Source: Methanotrichaceae archaeon (GTDB lineage: Archaea > Halobacteriota > Methanosarcinia > Methanotrichales > Methanotrichaceae). From it: 64,000 nt of DNA. Made by a program: the position numbers and the translations under genes. Of this stretch, positions 51,177-60,375 are shown piece after piece (within the stretch, counting starts at the first letter, position 1; each line of letters opens with the position of its first letter). A model generated the notes under the pieces. That model did no database searches and was not told where the DNA came from. It saw only the letters and a program-made list of their open reading frames with translations. The stretch is from positions 128,001 through 192,000 of the forward strand of contig CAWEXU010000030.1 in the NCBI GenBank assembly GCA_963813075.1, read 5' to 3'.

Positions 51177-51492
51177 ATGAAAGCCTGTCGAGCTATGAAT
51201 TATTGAATTCGGATGAAGGACGCAAAAAGGATTCCTGCTCCGGGCAAGTATGCCTGGGGCAGGCACTATTTTAATTTATTTTATCGGCCAGGCAGCGGAA
51301 AAAAGCAGCACACCCTCAATTACGAGCTAATTCCTGAACCAGCCTATGGAAGACGATTATAATCAACAGATAGATTTATATCGAATAAAAGCATCAGCTT
51401 ATAATTGTGGCTCAAGTCCTGCAAATAAGGCAGGATTACAACATCTAAAGGGATTAATAACTGTCACGTCACGCATCGGGGGTAATTGTATC

Positions 51493-52269
51493 ATGAAGGG
51501 AGTAACGATAGTAGTTATTATAGTAGCTCTAATGGGGCTAAGCAGCATTGTGCTGGCCAATCCTCCACTGGTACCGCCAGTGCAATATGAACAATTTTGT
51601 GAAAGCCATAAAGTATCCGGTTCCGGTATTATCGATGTCTCCAATTCCATTATCGATAAAAAGATAGCTCTAGAATACTTCGATACCATGAATGGGGACG
51701 GAGACTTTGAGCTGGATCAGGAGACGGCATATTCTCAGAATGCTGATGTCCTCAAAAGGAATGTCTCCACGGTAAATGGTGGAAACAAGTCCAACCTGAA
51801 CTTCGTCCAGAACACCAAGATGACCTACAGTGGACAGACACCCTTGACCGGAGGGCGGCTTCTTAATTCCAAGGAGTTTTATGGCGGCATCGGTGCCAAT
51901 GTGCAGGAACTGTTCTCGGTGACCGAGATGGAGCAGGATGAGACTGCGTTCTTCGCCTCCACCACCCCATACAACCCGCCAGGCACAACGCCAGAGAATC
52001 TAATAGGATCGCTCGCGAGCGCGGGAAGAGATCAGGAAGCAGTTGCAGCGTTGATGGGCAACAATCCTGCCCACCTGGTGGGAATTGAGACCAAGAACTC
52101 CTTCAACGGCACATGGGGAACAGACGCCACATGGCACAGGATATTCTACAAGGATATCAAGGCTCATGAGATGTTCACCGGAACGTTCGAGGCAGAGAAG
52201 GTTCTGAAGTTCCATGAGAACCCCGTGCCTGAGAGGCAACATGTGCCCTGCGAAGGCATAGACTGCTAG
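51493..52269 (+). CDS. Secreted protein, distant member of the same family
   Basis: Signal peptide; E..KVSGSG near the N-terminus; HEMFTGTFEAEK resembles VEDLTGVFSIEK; C-terminal PCEGIDC. Confidence 0.7.
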   Translation: MKGVTIVVIIVALMGLSSIVLANPPLVPPVQYEQFCESHKVSGSGIIDVSNSIIDKKIALEYFDTMNGDGDFELDQETAYSQNADVLKRNVSTVNGGNKSNLNFVQNTKMTYSGQTPLTGGRLLNSKEFYGGIGANVQELFSVTEMEQDETAFFASTTPYNPPGTTPENLIGSLASAGRDQEAVAALMGNNPAHLVGIETKNSFNGTWGTDATWHRIFYKDIKAHEMFTGTFEAEKVLKFHENPVPERQHVPCEGIDC

Positions 52270-52317
52270 GTCTAAACGACCCAGCTGCCTTTTTTCTATT
52301 TATTTCAGGGGGTTACC

Positions 52318-53496
52318 ATGATAAGATGTCTGATCATAACTGCAACAATATTGATCCTGACTGCATGCCAGGTGCAGGCTACGGTTGAGGATCCGGGAAT
52401 GGAGTTGGGTGACATTTCAGGCACCTGGTCAGGTCCCTCTACCCCATCCATTCCAGACTACCTGCCCAGTCCCTGTTCAGGAGATTCTGGTGCTCTATCC
52501 ATAGAGGTCAGCCTCACAGGACCGGAATCCGAGAAGGATAAGTCCTATACCACCCAGGGAAAGGCACTGAACTATGTGGTCACTGTAACCAATGAGGGCT
52601 CGACGGACGCCGAGGTGGAAGTGTGCGTCAAGCCGATGGACTGCGCACTGGATTGGTTTGGCTGGACCAGGACCTCCTTGAATATCCCGGCAGGAGGGAC
52701 CCGCTCCCAGGATCTGGCTGTGAAGCCGGATGCCAATGCAATCGCAGGCAAGTACAGGTTTGCAGTCGAGGCCTCGGCAAAATGCCGCACCTCTGCCTCT
52801 AAAGATGCGTCGTTCCGGGTGCAAGCATTCGATTATGCTTCAGAGACCGCAATCAGTGGCTCAGGCCAGTTCCAGATGACCAAAGACCTCAGGTCCATGG
52901 AATCGGGGATCAAGTCCACCAAGGATGTGATATTCAGCGGCAGCGTGGATGCCCTGGTCAAGAACGAGTACATGGTGGATGAAGCAAGAGGAAAGAACGC
53001 CAACTTCGTCGAACAGGATGCTGTTGACAACTACAATGCCGTGGCCAGCGGGGACGCGCTTGTGGGAACGGAGAGCTTCAAGAGCTCGGCCATATTTGGC
53101 GGCGTCGGATCCAAGGTCCGGGAGACCTATGATCTGCAACAGATGGAGTTCAAGAGCCAGGATTTCACATTACATCAGACTGGATCGCTGAAAAAGACGG
53201 CGGAGTTCAAGACGATGGACAACTTCACCGGATATTACCTCATAGATGCCAAACAGTCGATTCCCGGCCAGAAGAGTCTGAAAGAGCTTGAAGAGTACTT
53301 CGGATCCTTTGAGATCAACAGGAGGATTCTCTTCCGCAATAACGCCGAATCTGAGCCCGCCTGCCAGGATGGCGACTGCCAGGGTATAGCTACACCCGCC
53401 AACACCTCCAGGAGCCTGCCTGCTGCCAGCCCCTGCACGAGCAACTCATGCCACAACTTCGTAAATAGATTGAATAATTTCGCTCAGAAGGCATGA
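52318..53496 (+). CDS. Secreted protein with an Ig-like domain and a family-like C-terminal domain
   Basis: Signal peptide; YVVTVTNEG...AGKYRF.V.A Ig-like domain; YASETAISGSG...EEYFGSFEINR; Cys-rich tail. Confidence 0.7.
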   Translation: MIRCLIITATILILTACQVQATVEDPGMELGDISGTWSGPSTPSIPDYLPSPCSGDSGALSIEVSLTGPESEKDKSYTTQGKALNYVVTVTNEGSTDAEVEVCVKPMDCALDWFGWTRTSLNIPAGGTRSQDLAVKPDANAIAGKYRFAVEASAKCRTSASKDASFRVQAFDYASETAISGSGQFQMTKDLRSMESGIKSTKDVIFSGSVDALVKNEYMVDEARGKNANFVEQDAVDNYNAVASGDALVGTESFKSSAIFGGVGSKVRETYDLQQMEFKSQDFTLHQTGSLKKTAEFKTMDNFTGYYLIDAKQSIPGQKSLKELEEYFGSFEINRRILFRNNAESEPACQDGDCQGIATPANTSRSLPAASPCTSNSCHNFVNRLNNFAQKA

Positions 53497-53638
53497 GCCT
53501 CTTTTTTCTTTTTTTCTAAAATTTGCATTTTGCGACTTGAATATTTCGGCCAAAACCTTGAAATAGACTGCAGAGAAGCTTATAACGGGTGCTAGGGTTC
53601 TTAGTAGAGCGATCTTTCCGAAAAGGAGGTAGTGTGGA

Positions 53639-54349
53639 TTGAAAAGAGAATTGATTATTTTAGCGGTCATCGCCATGGCCCTGATAGGCATGGCAGGCGC
53701 TGCCAATTACATGTACGAGAAATCGTCTGTAAAAGGAGTGGGGTACAGAAGTCTGGAGATGGTCATCTCCACCCAGCCTGGCTATGAGGGCCAGAAGCTG
53801 GTGGAGAAGCAGTCCGGCTCAGGAAATGTCATCACCTCCCGGATAGAGCTGGAGGCGGAGAGGCAGCCAGCAGACTCGGATTGCGCGTGGACGAACGGCT
53901 ATCCCATGGACTACATCAACTTCACCTCGGAGCAGGAGCTGGAGTACATGCCAGTCTCTTATCAGACCGGCACCTACGACCAGAAATGGGTGGACAAGCT
54001 GTGTGTGCAGAACTACAAGATAGGAGCGGTTATGACCGAGATGTACACTCATGCCGAGCACCTGCAGAAGACAACCGAGGTCAAAACCCGAGGCTACAAT
54101 GCCCAGACCGAGACACCCTGCTGCAATGGCGTCCTTGAGGCCAACATCAACAGCAATGTGATAGGCGTGGCCCATATCGGCTGGATCTCCAGAGATCCAC
54201 AGGGCAGCAGCGCTCTGAAGGGCAGACATGCGGAGTACGGCCGATCGGTCGAGGACCTGACTGGCGTCTTCTCCATTGAGAAGTTCATCCAGCTCTGGGG
54301 CAACTCCACCTGCGGCGCAGTCAGTGTTGATTGGCTGCCCTGCGTATAA
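53639..54349 (+). CDS. Secreted Cys-rich structural protein, copy D
   Basis: GGAGGT plus TTG start; ANYMYEK...DWLPCV scaffold with shorter loops. Confidence 0.85.
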   Translation: MKRELIILAVIAMALIGMAGAANYMYEKSSVKGVGYRSLEMVISTQPGYEGQKLVEKQSGSGNVITSRIELEAERQPADSDCAWTNGYPMDYINFTSEQELEYMPVSYQTGTYDQKWVDKLCVQNYKIGAVMTEMYTHAEHLQKTTEVKTRGYNAQTETPCCNGVLEANINSNVIGVAHIGWISRDPQGSSALKGRHAEYGRSVEDLTGVFSIEKFIQLWGNSTCGAVSVDWLPCV

Positions 54350-54541
54350 AGCCCTGAATTAATAGACCATCAGGATGCGCCGAAAAAAAGCGGCGCAACT
54401 CTTTTTTTCATCAATAAGATGCAATCACCTACCATGCAAATGTAAAGCTGGCGGGGCCATTATCATTGATACAGAATTATTAACAAAAATGATTTATACT
54501 TAGTCTAGTCTTAATAACTACAGTTTATGAGAGGAATAGAT

Positions 54542-55654
54542 ATGAAATTACCACTGTTTTCCGCGCATGCCGCTCTTGGCCTGATAGTAATATTGCTACT
54601 AACATCGACATGTGGAGCGGCTGAATACCCCCTGACCATCACCGACTCTGCAGAGAGAGAGGTCACCTTCACCATGCCTGCAGAAAGGATAATCGTCCTT
54701 AACATGGATGCCGCTGAGGCGGTGTCCATGCTTGGCGCTGCGGATAAGGTGGTTGGCGTCTCGGAGCTGGTAAAGAGTAAGGGCTACTACTTCCCGGATC
54801 TCAAAGACAAGCAGAGTGTTGGGAAATGGAATGCCATTGACTATGAAATGATCGGAGAGATAGCTAGCGAAGGTAAGGATGCCATTGTGCCTGATATCGT
54901 GGTCATCGGATACAGCTATCCGGGAAAGAGCTATGGCATAACCGCGGTGGAAGAGGGCCTCAAGCCCTTCGGGAACATCAATGCCCTGGCCCTGGATTTC
55001 ACCAAGCCGGAGGATATGACCGGAGAAATTGAACTCCTCGGCCTGATACTGGGCAAAGAAGAGGAGGCTTCCGATTTCATCCGCTGGCATAACGAAAAGA
55101 TGGATTCCATAAAGGACGAAGTACAGGGGCTCAATATGCCCAGGGTCTATGTGGAGTGGAGCTCCACAGCAGAACTTGCCACTCTCGGTCCAGGCTCTGG
55201 ATTTGACCAGGTATTATCTGCGGCCAGGGGCTCGAACATCGCCAGAAGCCTGAGTGACGAGTACCCCAAGGTTGGCTGGGAATGGGTGGTCAGCGAGAAT
55301 CCAGAGACAATTATCCGAAGACAGACTCAGTCCTCCGGCCAGACCCAGATCGGCTGGCAGGCAGAACCTTCTACAGATACCGTAAAGCTTGAGTCGATCA
55401 GGAATGAACTGATGGCAAGACCAGGAGCAGAGGGAATTGATGCCGTCAAGTCCGACCGGGTGTATATCATGGACTGGGATGTGCTAAACGGCCTGGACCA
55501 GGCGGTGGGCGCGACCTACGTGGCTAAATTGCTCCATCCTGAGGTCGACTTGGATCCAGTGAAAATTCACAGAGAGTACCTGGAACGGCTGGGGCTTGAA
55601 TACCCGGATGGAAGAACACTGGTCTATCCGGAGATTGAGAACTTAGCAGGATAG
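54542..55654 (+). CDS. ABC substrate-binding protein, cobalamin/iron-siderophore (BtuF-like)
   Basis: YPLTITDSAEREV...PAERII, LGAADKVVG, W.V.ENPETII, AVKSDRVY. Confidence 0.88.
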   Translation: MKLPLFSAHAALGLIVILLLTSTCGAAEYPLTITDSAEREVTFTMPAERIIVLNMDAAEAVSMLGAADKVVGVSELVKSKGYYFPDLKDKQSVGKWNAIDYEMIGEIASEGKDAIVPDIVVIGYSYPGKSYGITAVEEGLKPFGNINALALDFTKPEDMTGEIELLGLILGKEEEASDFIRWHNEKMDSIKDEVQGLNMPRVYVEWSSTAELATLGPGSGFDQVLSAARGSNIARSLSDEYPKVGWEWVVSENPETIIRRQTQSSGQTQIGWQAEPSTDTVKLESIRNELMARPGAEGIDAVKSDRVYIMDWDVLNGLDQAVGATYVAKLLHPEVDLDPVKIHREYLERLGLEYPDGRTLVYPEIENLAG

Positions 55655-55942
55655 AAAGCAATTAGCAAGTGTCCCTTCCCAGGATGTTCTCCTGGCAGAA
55701 TTGGTGGCATATAACCATAATCAATTCTGCTCAGGCGAGCATCCGCTCATAACCAAGGTGCAAACCACGATAAGATCTGCCCGGCAGTTTTGCCCAGGAA
55801 AAAATGAGACCGACAGAATCTCTCCTTGGGCAGATATCATCATCGTCCCTAACCTCAGACCGTCTCATCTGAATGGCTATGGTTTGCTGCGGGGACCCAG
55901 GGTCGCTTCTATAAATAGAGCAGTCATCTCTTATCCGGAGGC

Positions 55943-57067
55943 ATGAGGCTATTGTCCGCACCCCAACCAGTGGAAAAGGCTTACACAGATCGGAAGGCTC
56001 AGCCCAGGGCGACCCCCGCTCTGGAGTTGAGGGCGGAGTACCAGAGGTTCATCGGCAGGAAGATGCTCTTTTTAGCCGCTCTTGTTCTGGGCATTGTCCT
56101 GCTGGCAGGCTATGCCGCCACAAGGGGTTCGGCGGATATCAGCGTCTTGAATGTTTACTCCACCATCCTGGCGAAGTTCTTTCCCCAGCATTTCCAGACC
56201 ACCTGGTTTGCGGACACCATCGTCTGGGGACTGAGGCTGCACAGAATTCTCCTGGCAATCGTGGGAGGAATCGGCCTGGCCATCGCGGGAGCGGTGATGC
56301 AGGGCATCCTCAAAAACCCCCTGGCCAGCCCCTTCACCCTGGGCATCTCCTCTGCCGCGGCATTTGGCGCGGCGATGGCCATAATCATGGGAGCGGGATT
56401 CGTGGGCGGGGAATGGCTGATCATCAGCAATGCTTTCGTATTCACCCTTCTCGCTGCGGGAGCGGTTTACGGACTGGCAAAATACAAAGGGATCACACCG
56501 GAGACCATGATCCTGGCAGGAATCGCCATATCCTACCTCTTCGGGGCCATGACCTCGTTTCTGCAGTATGTCGGCCATGCCGATCAGGTGCAGGAGGTGG
56601 TCTTCTGGTCGATGGGCTCGCTGGGCCGCTCCTCCTGGGATAAGGTCTGGATAGTGAGCGCAGTCATTGCCATCTGCTTTCCCTATCTTCTCATCAAGTC
56701 CTGGGATATCAATGCCATGGGGGCAGGGGATGAGACCGCCAAGAGCCTGGGAGTGAATGTGGAGAGGACAAGAGTGATTTCTATGATGCTGGTCTCTCTC
56801 ATAACCGCCTCGGTGATATGCTTTACCGGCACCATAGGCTTCATCGGCCTGGTCGCACCCCACATAACCCGGATGGCAATTGGAGGAGACCACAGGTTCC
56901 TCCTCCCCGCCTCCGCTCTGGTGGGGGCGCTGCTGCTCTTAGGCGCAGATACCCTGGCCAGGACCATTCTCGCTCCCGTGATTCTGCCGGTGGGGATAAT
57001 GACCGCTTTCCTCGGGGTGCCATTCTTCGTCTATCTGTTCATGCGCAGGAAGAGCGAGTTCTGGTAA
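55943..57067 (+). CDS. FecCD/BtuC-family ABC permease
   Basis: LRLHR, QGILKNPLASPFTLG, GDETAKSLG, GTIGFIGLVAPH, LPVGI. Confidence 0.93.
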   Translation: MRLLSAPQPVEKAYTDRKAQPRATPALELRAEYQRFIGRKMLFLAALVLGIVLLAGYAATRGSADISVLNVYSTILAKFFPQHFQTTWFADTIVWGLRLHRILLAIVGGIGLAIAGAVMQGILKNPLASPFTLGISSAAAFGAAMAIIMGAGFVGGEWLIISNAFVFTLLAAGAVYGLAKYKGITPETMILAGIAISYLFGAMTSFLQYVGHADQVQEVVFWSMGSLGRSSWDKVWIVSAVIAICFPYLLIKSWDINAMGAGDETAKSLGVNVERTRVISMMLVSLITASVICFTGTIGFIGLVAPHITRMAIGGDHRFLLPASALVGALLLLGADTLARTILAPVILPVGIMTAFLGVPFFVYLFMRRKSEFW

Positions 57068-57145
57068 GGGGGCTGCAGCGACAACCAGCTCCAATCTACT
57101 TATATCATGGATATCTAATAACAATATGGCTAATGGGTGGTAATC

Positions 57146-57463
57146 ATGAATAAAGAGGTATTCCTAAAGCAGATTGAAGGATATGTATTCCCCAAGATGT
57201 TCGACCAGGACCTCCTCGATCGCGCCGCTGAGATGTTCGGAAGGTGGGGAAAGAGCGCTCATATGGACGAGAAAGAGCACCTCTTCCAGAGCTTTGGCCT
57301 GGGCTCCCAGCCGGAGGATAGCGACGAGATCCGGGCGCAAAAAGCGGCCATAAGGCATGTATCTTCCAGGATGATGGACGCGCAGATCAACCGCAGGGAT
57401 GCTGCCGATCTCATTCGAAACTTCAACCGCCTGAAAGATCCTGGCTACAAGTGGCTGGATTGA
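57146..57463 (+). CDS. Hypothetical protein
   Basis: 105-aa ORF with typical codon usage, RBS-like GGTGG and an upstream TTATAT. Confidence 0.6.
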   Translation: MNKEVFLKQIEGYVFPKMFDQDLLDRAAEMFGRWGKSAHMDEKEHLFQSFGLGSQPEDSDEIRAQKAAIRHVSSRMMDAQINRRDAADLIRNFNRLKDPGYKWLD

Positions 57464-57514
57464 AATACAATTGAGATTGAAAAGGCTTCCGGATAGGATA
57501 GTTCGAGTGGCTCT

Positions 57515-58351
57515 ATGAAAGGGAAGATGCCAAAAGAGTCCTTATGCCTGGACAGAGAAGAGCTGGCCTTCTGGGAGCAGCAGAAGAGGGAAGGAGACGA
57601 CTGCGACCTCAAGATAGCGCGGGATCTGCCCGATGATACTCCGGAGTTCATTTTAAGCCTGCAGAGAGAGTTCGAGGAGAAGGCAGCTTCCTTCTGCTTC
57701 TCCGGTTCGAAGGGAGTGGTCCTGGATGCAGGCTGCGGCAACGGAAACCTGCTCATAAGGGCCCTTGAGAGGGAGACGATAAGAAGCAGTGAAGCCAGGC
57801 TCATCGGCATGGACTTCTCTAATAATATGCTCGGCCGGGCCAAATTCCGGGCTTCGCACCACCCCAGGGCAGCATTTCTTCGGGGAAGCGTAACCTCACT
57901 GCCCTTTCAGGATAAGTCGTTCGACTGGATTGTAAGCAGCGGAGTTTTAACCTGCCTATCCTCAACCCGCTCTATGCAAATGGCATTGCAGGAGTTCAAC
58001 CGCGTCCTTTGCCCGGGTGGCGTCCTGGTGGTGGACTTCTTCAACCGCCTCTCCCATTACACCCTGGTGAGAAGACACCTCTTCCAGGAGAGAATAGAAC
58101 CGCCTGAGTATCTCTCTTTTTCCGAATTCAAAGATCATCTGGATAATGCCGGTTTTCGGATTGAGGAGCATCTGGGGTTTGACTACAAGCTCTGCCAGGG
58201 CTACTTATTCATGAGCCGATACAGGCCGGTGGTCGACCCAGCCTATCTGCAGGAGCGCATCTCCAGATTTTTAGAGAAAAAGGTTATCCCGGCATGCCCC
58301 TGGCTTGATCTTTTGGGATACAGGATATATTTAAGATGCAAAAAAAGATAA
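57515..58351 (+). CDS. Class I SAM-dependent methyltransferase
   Basis: VLDAGCGNG, GMDFS..ML, LPFQDKSFD, RVLCPGG. Confidence 0.9.
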   Translation: MKGKMPKESLCLDREELAFWEQQKREGDDCDLKIARDLPDDTPEFILSLQREFEEKAASFCFSGSKGVVLDAGCGNGNLLIRALERETIRSSEARLIGMDFSNNMLGRAKFRASHHPRAAFLRGSVTSLPFQDKSFDWIVSSGVLTCLSSTRSMQMALQEFNRVLCPGGVLVVDFFNRLSHYTLVRRHLFQERIEPPEYLSFSEFKDHLDNAGFRIEEHLGFDYKLCQGYLFMSRYRPVVDPAYLQERISRFLEKKVIPACPWLDLLGYRIYLRCKKR

Positions 58352-58426
58352 AGCTCTCTATTATCAGAAAAATTTAACTATAATGATATGTATAAAGGAC
58401 TGAGAGCATAACAGGGGGATTTAAAC

Positions 58427-59269
58427 GTGAATTATGCGAAGGAGAGGAATTACCGTAAGGTTTTTCTTATATCGGCTTTGCTGATAGCATTAATTTTCAG
58501 CTCAGCTCAGGCTATAACCACCAGAGACCTGATATTTGCCAGGAGCCCGGAGACCTCACAGCCTATCACAACTGCGGTAGCAGACGCCATGAACCAGGCA
58601 CCAGTGGTCAAAGGCCTGACTCCAGATCAGGAAGCTCCACAGACTGCAGGCTCAACAGTGGTCTGGACTGGGGACGCATTTGATTCAGAGGGCGATGAGC
58701 TGCTCTATCAGTTCTGGCTGAACGGGCCGATGACTGGAAACACCTGGATGCCTATGACCACCTGGAGCAAGAACAATACCTGGGTCTGGGCTACAAGCAC
58801 AGCGGACATTGGAGTTAATGTAATCGATATGCGAATCAGAGATGGGCGACATGAACCCCCCTGGGGACATGACAGCCATCTGGGCGCTGAATACGCCATA
58901 AGCGAGAATGCAGGCATTGCCGGCAGCTCGAAATCCAACTCCAAACCAACTCTGGTCAGCATGAAATCAGATAAACAGAGCCCGCAGGATAAGGGTGTGA
59001 CAGTAACCTGGACGGCAAAGGCGACAGACAGGGACAGGGATACGGTCCTATACCGCTATGTCCTCAAAGGGCCATCTACAGAAGAGCAGTGGGAGCCCAT
59101 GACCGACTGGACTACAAACGATGTCTGGACCTGGGAAACGAGCAAGGCAAAGGCCGGCATATACATGATCGAGGTATGGATAAGAGACGGATACCATGCC
59201 GACACCGACAACTGGGACGACTCCAAGAGGACGCCATTTGTCCTGATGCAGAAGGGAATAATCAAGTAA
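58427..59269 (+). CDS. Secreted protein with two Trp-rich Ig-like (Y_Y_Y-like) repeats
   Basis: Signal peptide; two copies of N..P...PQ..G..V.WT..A.D...D..LY...L.GP.T...W.PMT.W...W.W.TS...IRDG.H. Confidence 0.75.
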   Translation: MNYAKERNYRKVFLISALLIALIFSSAQAITTRDLIFARSPETSQPITTAVADAMNQAPVVKGLTPDQEAPQTAGSTVVWTGDAFDSEGDELLYQFWLNGPMTGNTWMPMTTWSKNNTWVWATSTADIGVNVIDMRIRDGRHEPPWGHDSHLGAEYAISENAGIAGSSKSNSKPTLVSMKSDKQSPQDKGVTVTWTAKATDRDRDTVLYRYVLKGPSTEEQWEPMTDWTTNDVWTWETSKAKAGIYMIEVWIRDGYHADTDNWDDSKRTPFVLMQKGIIK

Positions 59270-59384
59270 ATAAGGGAAATATAATCTGAACGGCCTGCAG
59301 ATCCGGTCTATATGACCTGTCTGCATGCCTATTCTTTTTCTCTGGACGGATATGATTAGGGAGATGAATTGGATGGAAGACGCC

Positions 59385-60065
59385 ATGAGGTCGAAAGAAT
59401 CGGATTTGGGGAATGCGGTCGTCTCCTGGACGGGAGGAAAGGATGGGTGCTACTCCTGCTATAAAGCGATGCAGGAAGGATGGCGGATCACTTATCTTCT
59501 CAACTTCAGGAACATATCAAAGATCGGATCGCATGATATCAATCCGGACCTGATCAGGGCGCAATCGGAGGCAATTGGAATTCCCCTTATCCAGAAGGAC
59601 TTCACCTCTTATGAACAGGAGTTCAAGAGGGCGGTTCTGGAGCTTCGAGCCCGAGGGGAAAAGGTCGATGGCGCAGTCTTTGGGCACATCCAGACCCATA
59701 AGAATCTGGTGGACAGGATCTGCATGGATCTGAATCTTATGCTTCTCTTGCCCCTCTGGAAAGGGGATTCCAGCAATATCCTAAAGGAGATCATAGATTC
59801 AGGATTTGAGGTACTTGTGGTCAGTGCCAAAGATGGACTGCTGGGCAAAGAGTGGCTGGGCAGAAAAATTGACCGCGGATTCCTGCAGGATTTAAGGGAC
59901 GGGGATGGATCCATAGATCCGTGCGGCGAGAACGGGGAGTTTCATACCATTGTCACCGACGGCCCGATATTCAAGAAAAAGATAGTAATATCGAAAACCG
60001 ATCCCGTATTGAGGGAAGGCTATTGGTTTCTTAATATAACCGATTTTTCTCTCCAGGAAAAGTAG
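59385..60065 (+). CDS. DUF71/Dph6-family PP-loop ATPase (diphthine-ammonia ligase-like); start uncertain
   Basis: SWTGGKDG, QSEAIGIP, PLW, DPCGENGEFHTIVTDGPIF. Confidence 0.88.
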   Translation: MRSKESDLGNAVVSWTGGKDGCYSCYKAMQEGWRITYLLNFRNISKIGSHDINPDLIRAQSEAIGIPLIQKDFTSYEQEFKRAVLELRARGEKVDGAVFGHIQTHKNLVDRICMDLNLMLLLPLWKGDSSNILKEIIDSGFEVLVVSAKDGLLGKEWLGRKIDRGFLQDLRDGDGSIDPCGENGEFHTIVTDGPIFKKKIVISKTDPVLREGYWFLNITDFSLQEK

Positions 60066-60375
60066 AGGGCCTCCGCCGGTGAGCCAGTAAATAATAAAAC
60101 TAAAGTCTAATTTATATCGACTCCGTGCGGGATTTTTCGTAAATTTATTTGACGGTATTTCTCTCTTCGAGTACAGTTTTGAGCGAGATATGGAGTAATG
60201 CAGTATATTCTTCTATATAGAGCAAGATTAGCAATAGCAAAATATTTTTATCACTTGTACACAACCACTATTACATGCCTGGATTTATTCACACAAAAAA
60301 AAGGCTAAATATGAATAGACATGATTACATTCGCTAATATAGGCGAATAACGGAGGGATTTATACGAGAAAAGTA

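Noticed and set aside
48277..54349. Diversity-generating retroelement or CRISPR-like origin for the repeats
   Set aside because: No reverse transcriptase in the window; differences are not adenine-specific; the repeats are whole intact genes, not short repeat-spacer units
47585..54400. tRNA-anchored genomic island carrying the paralog array
   Set aside because: No integrase or transposase and no repeated tRNA 3' end seen; codon usage looks native and highly expressed
54350..54541. Cobalamin riboswitch upstream of the BtuF-like gene
   Set aside because: No recognisable B12-box; the region holds a terminator hairpin and an AT-rich promoter
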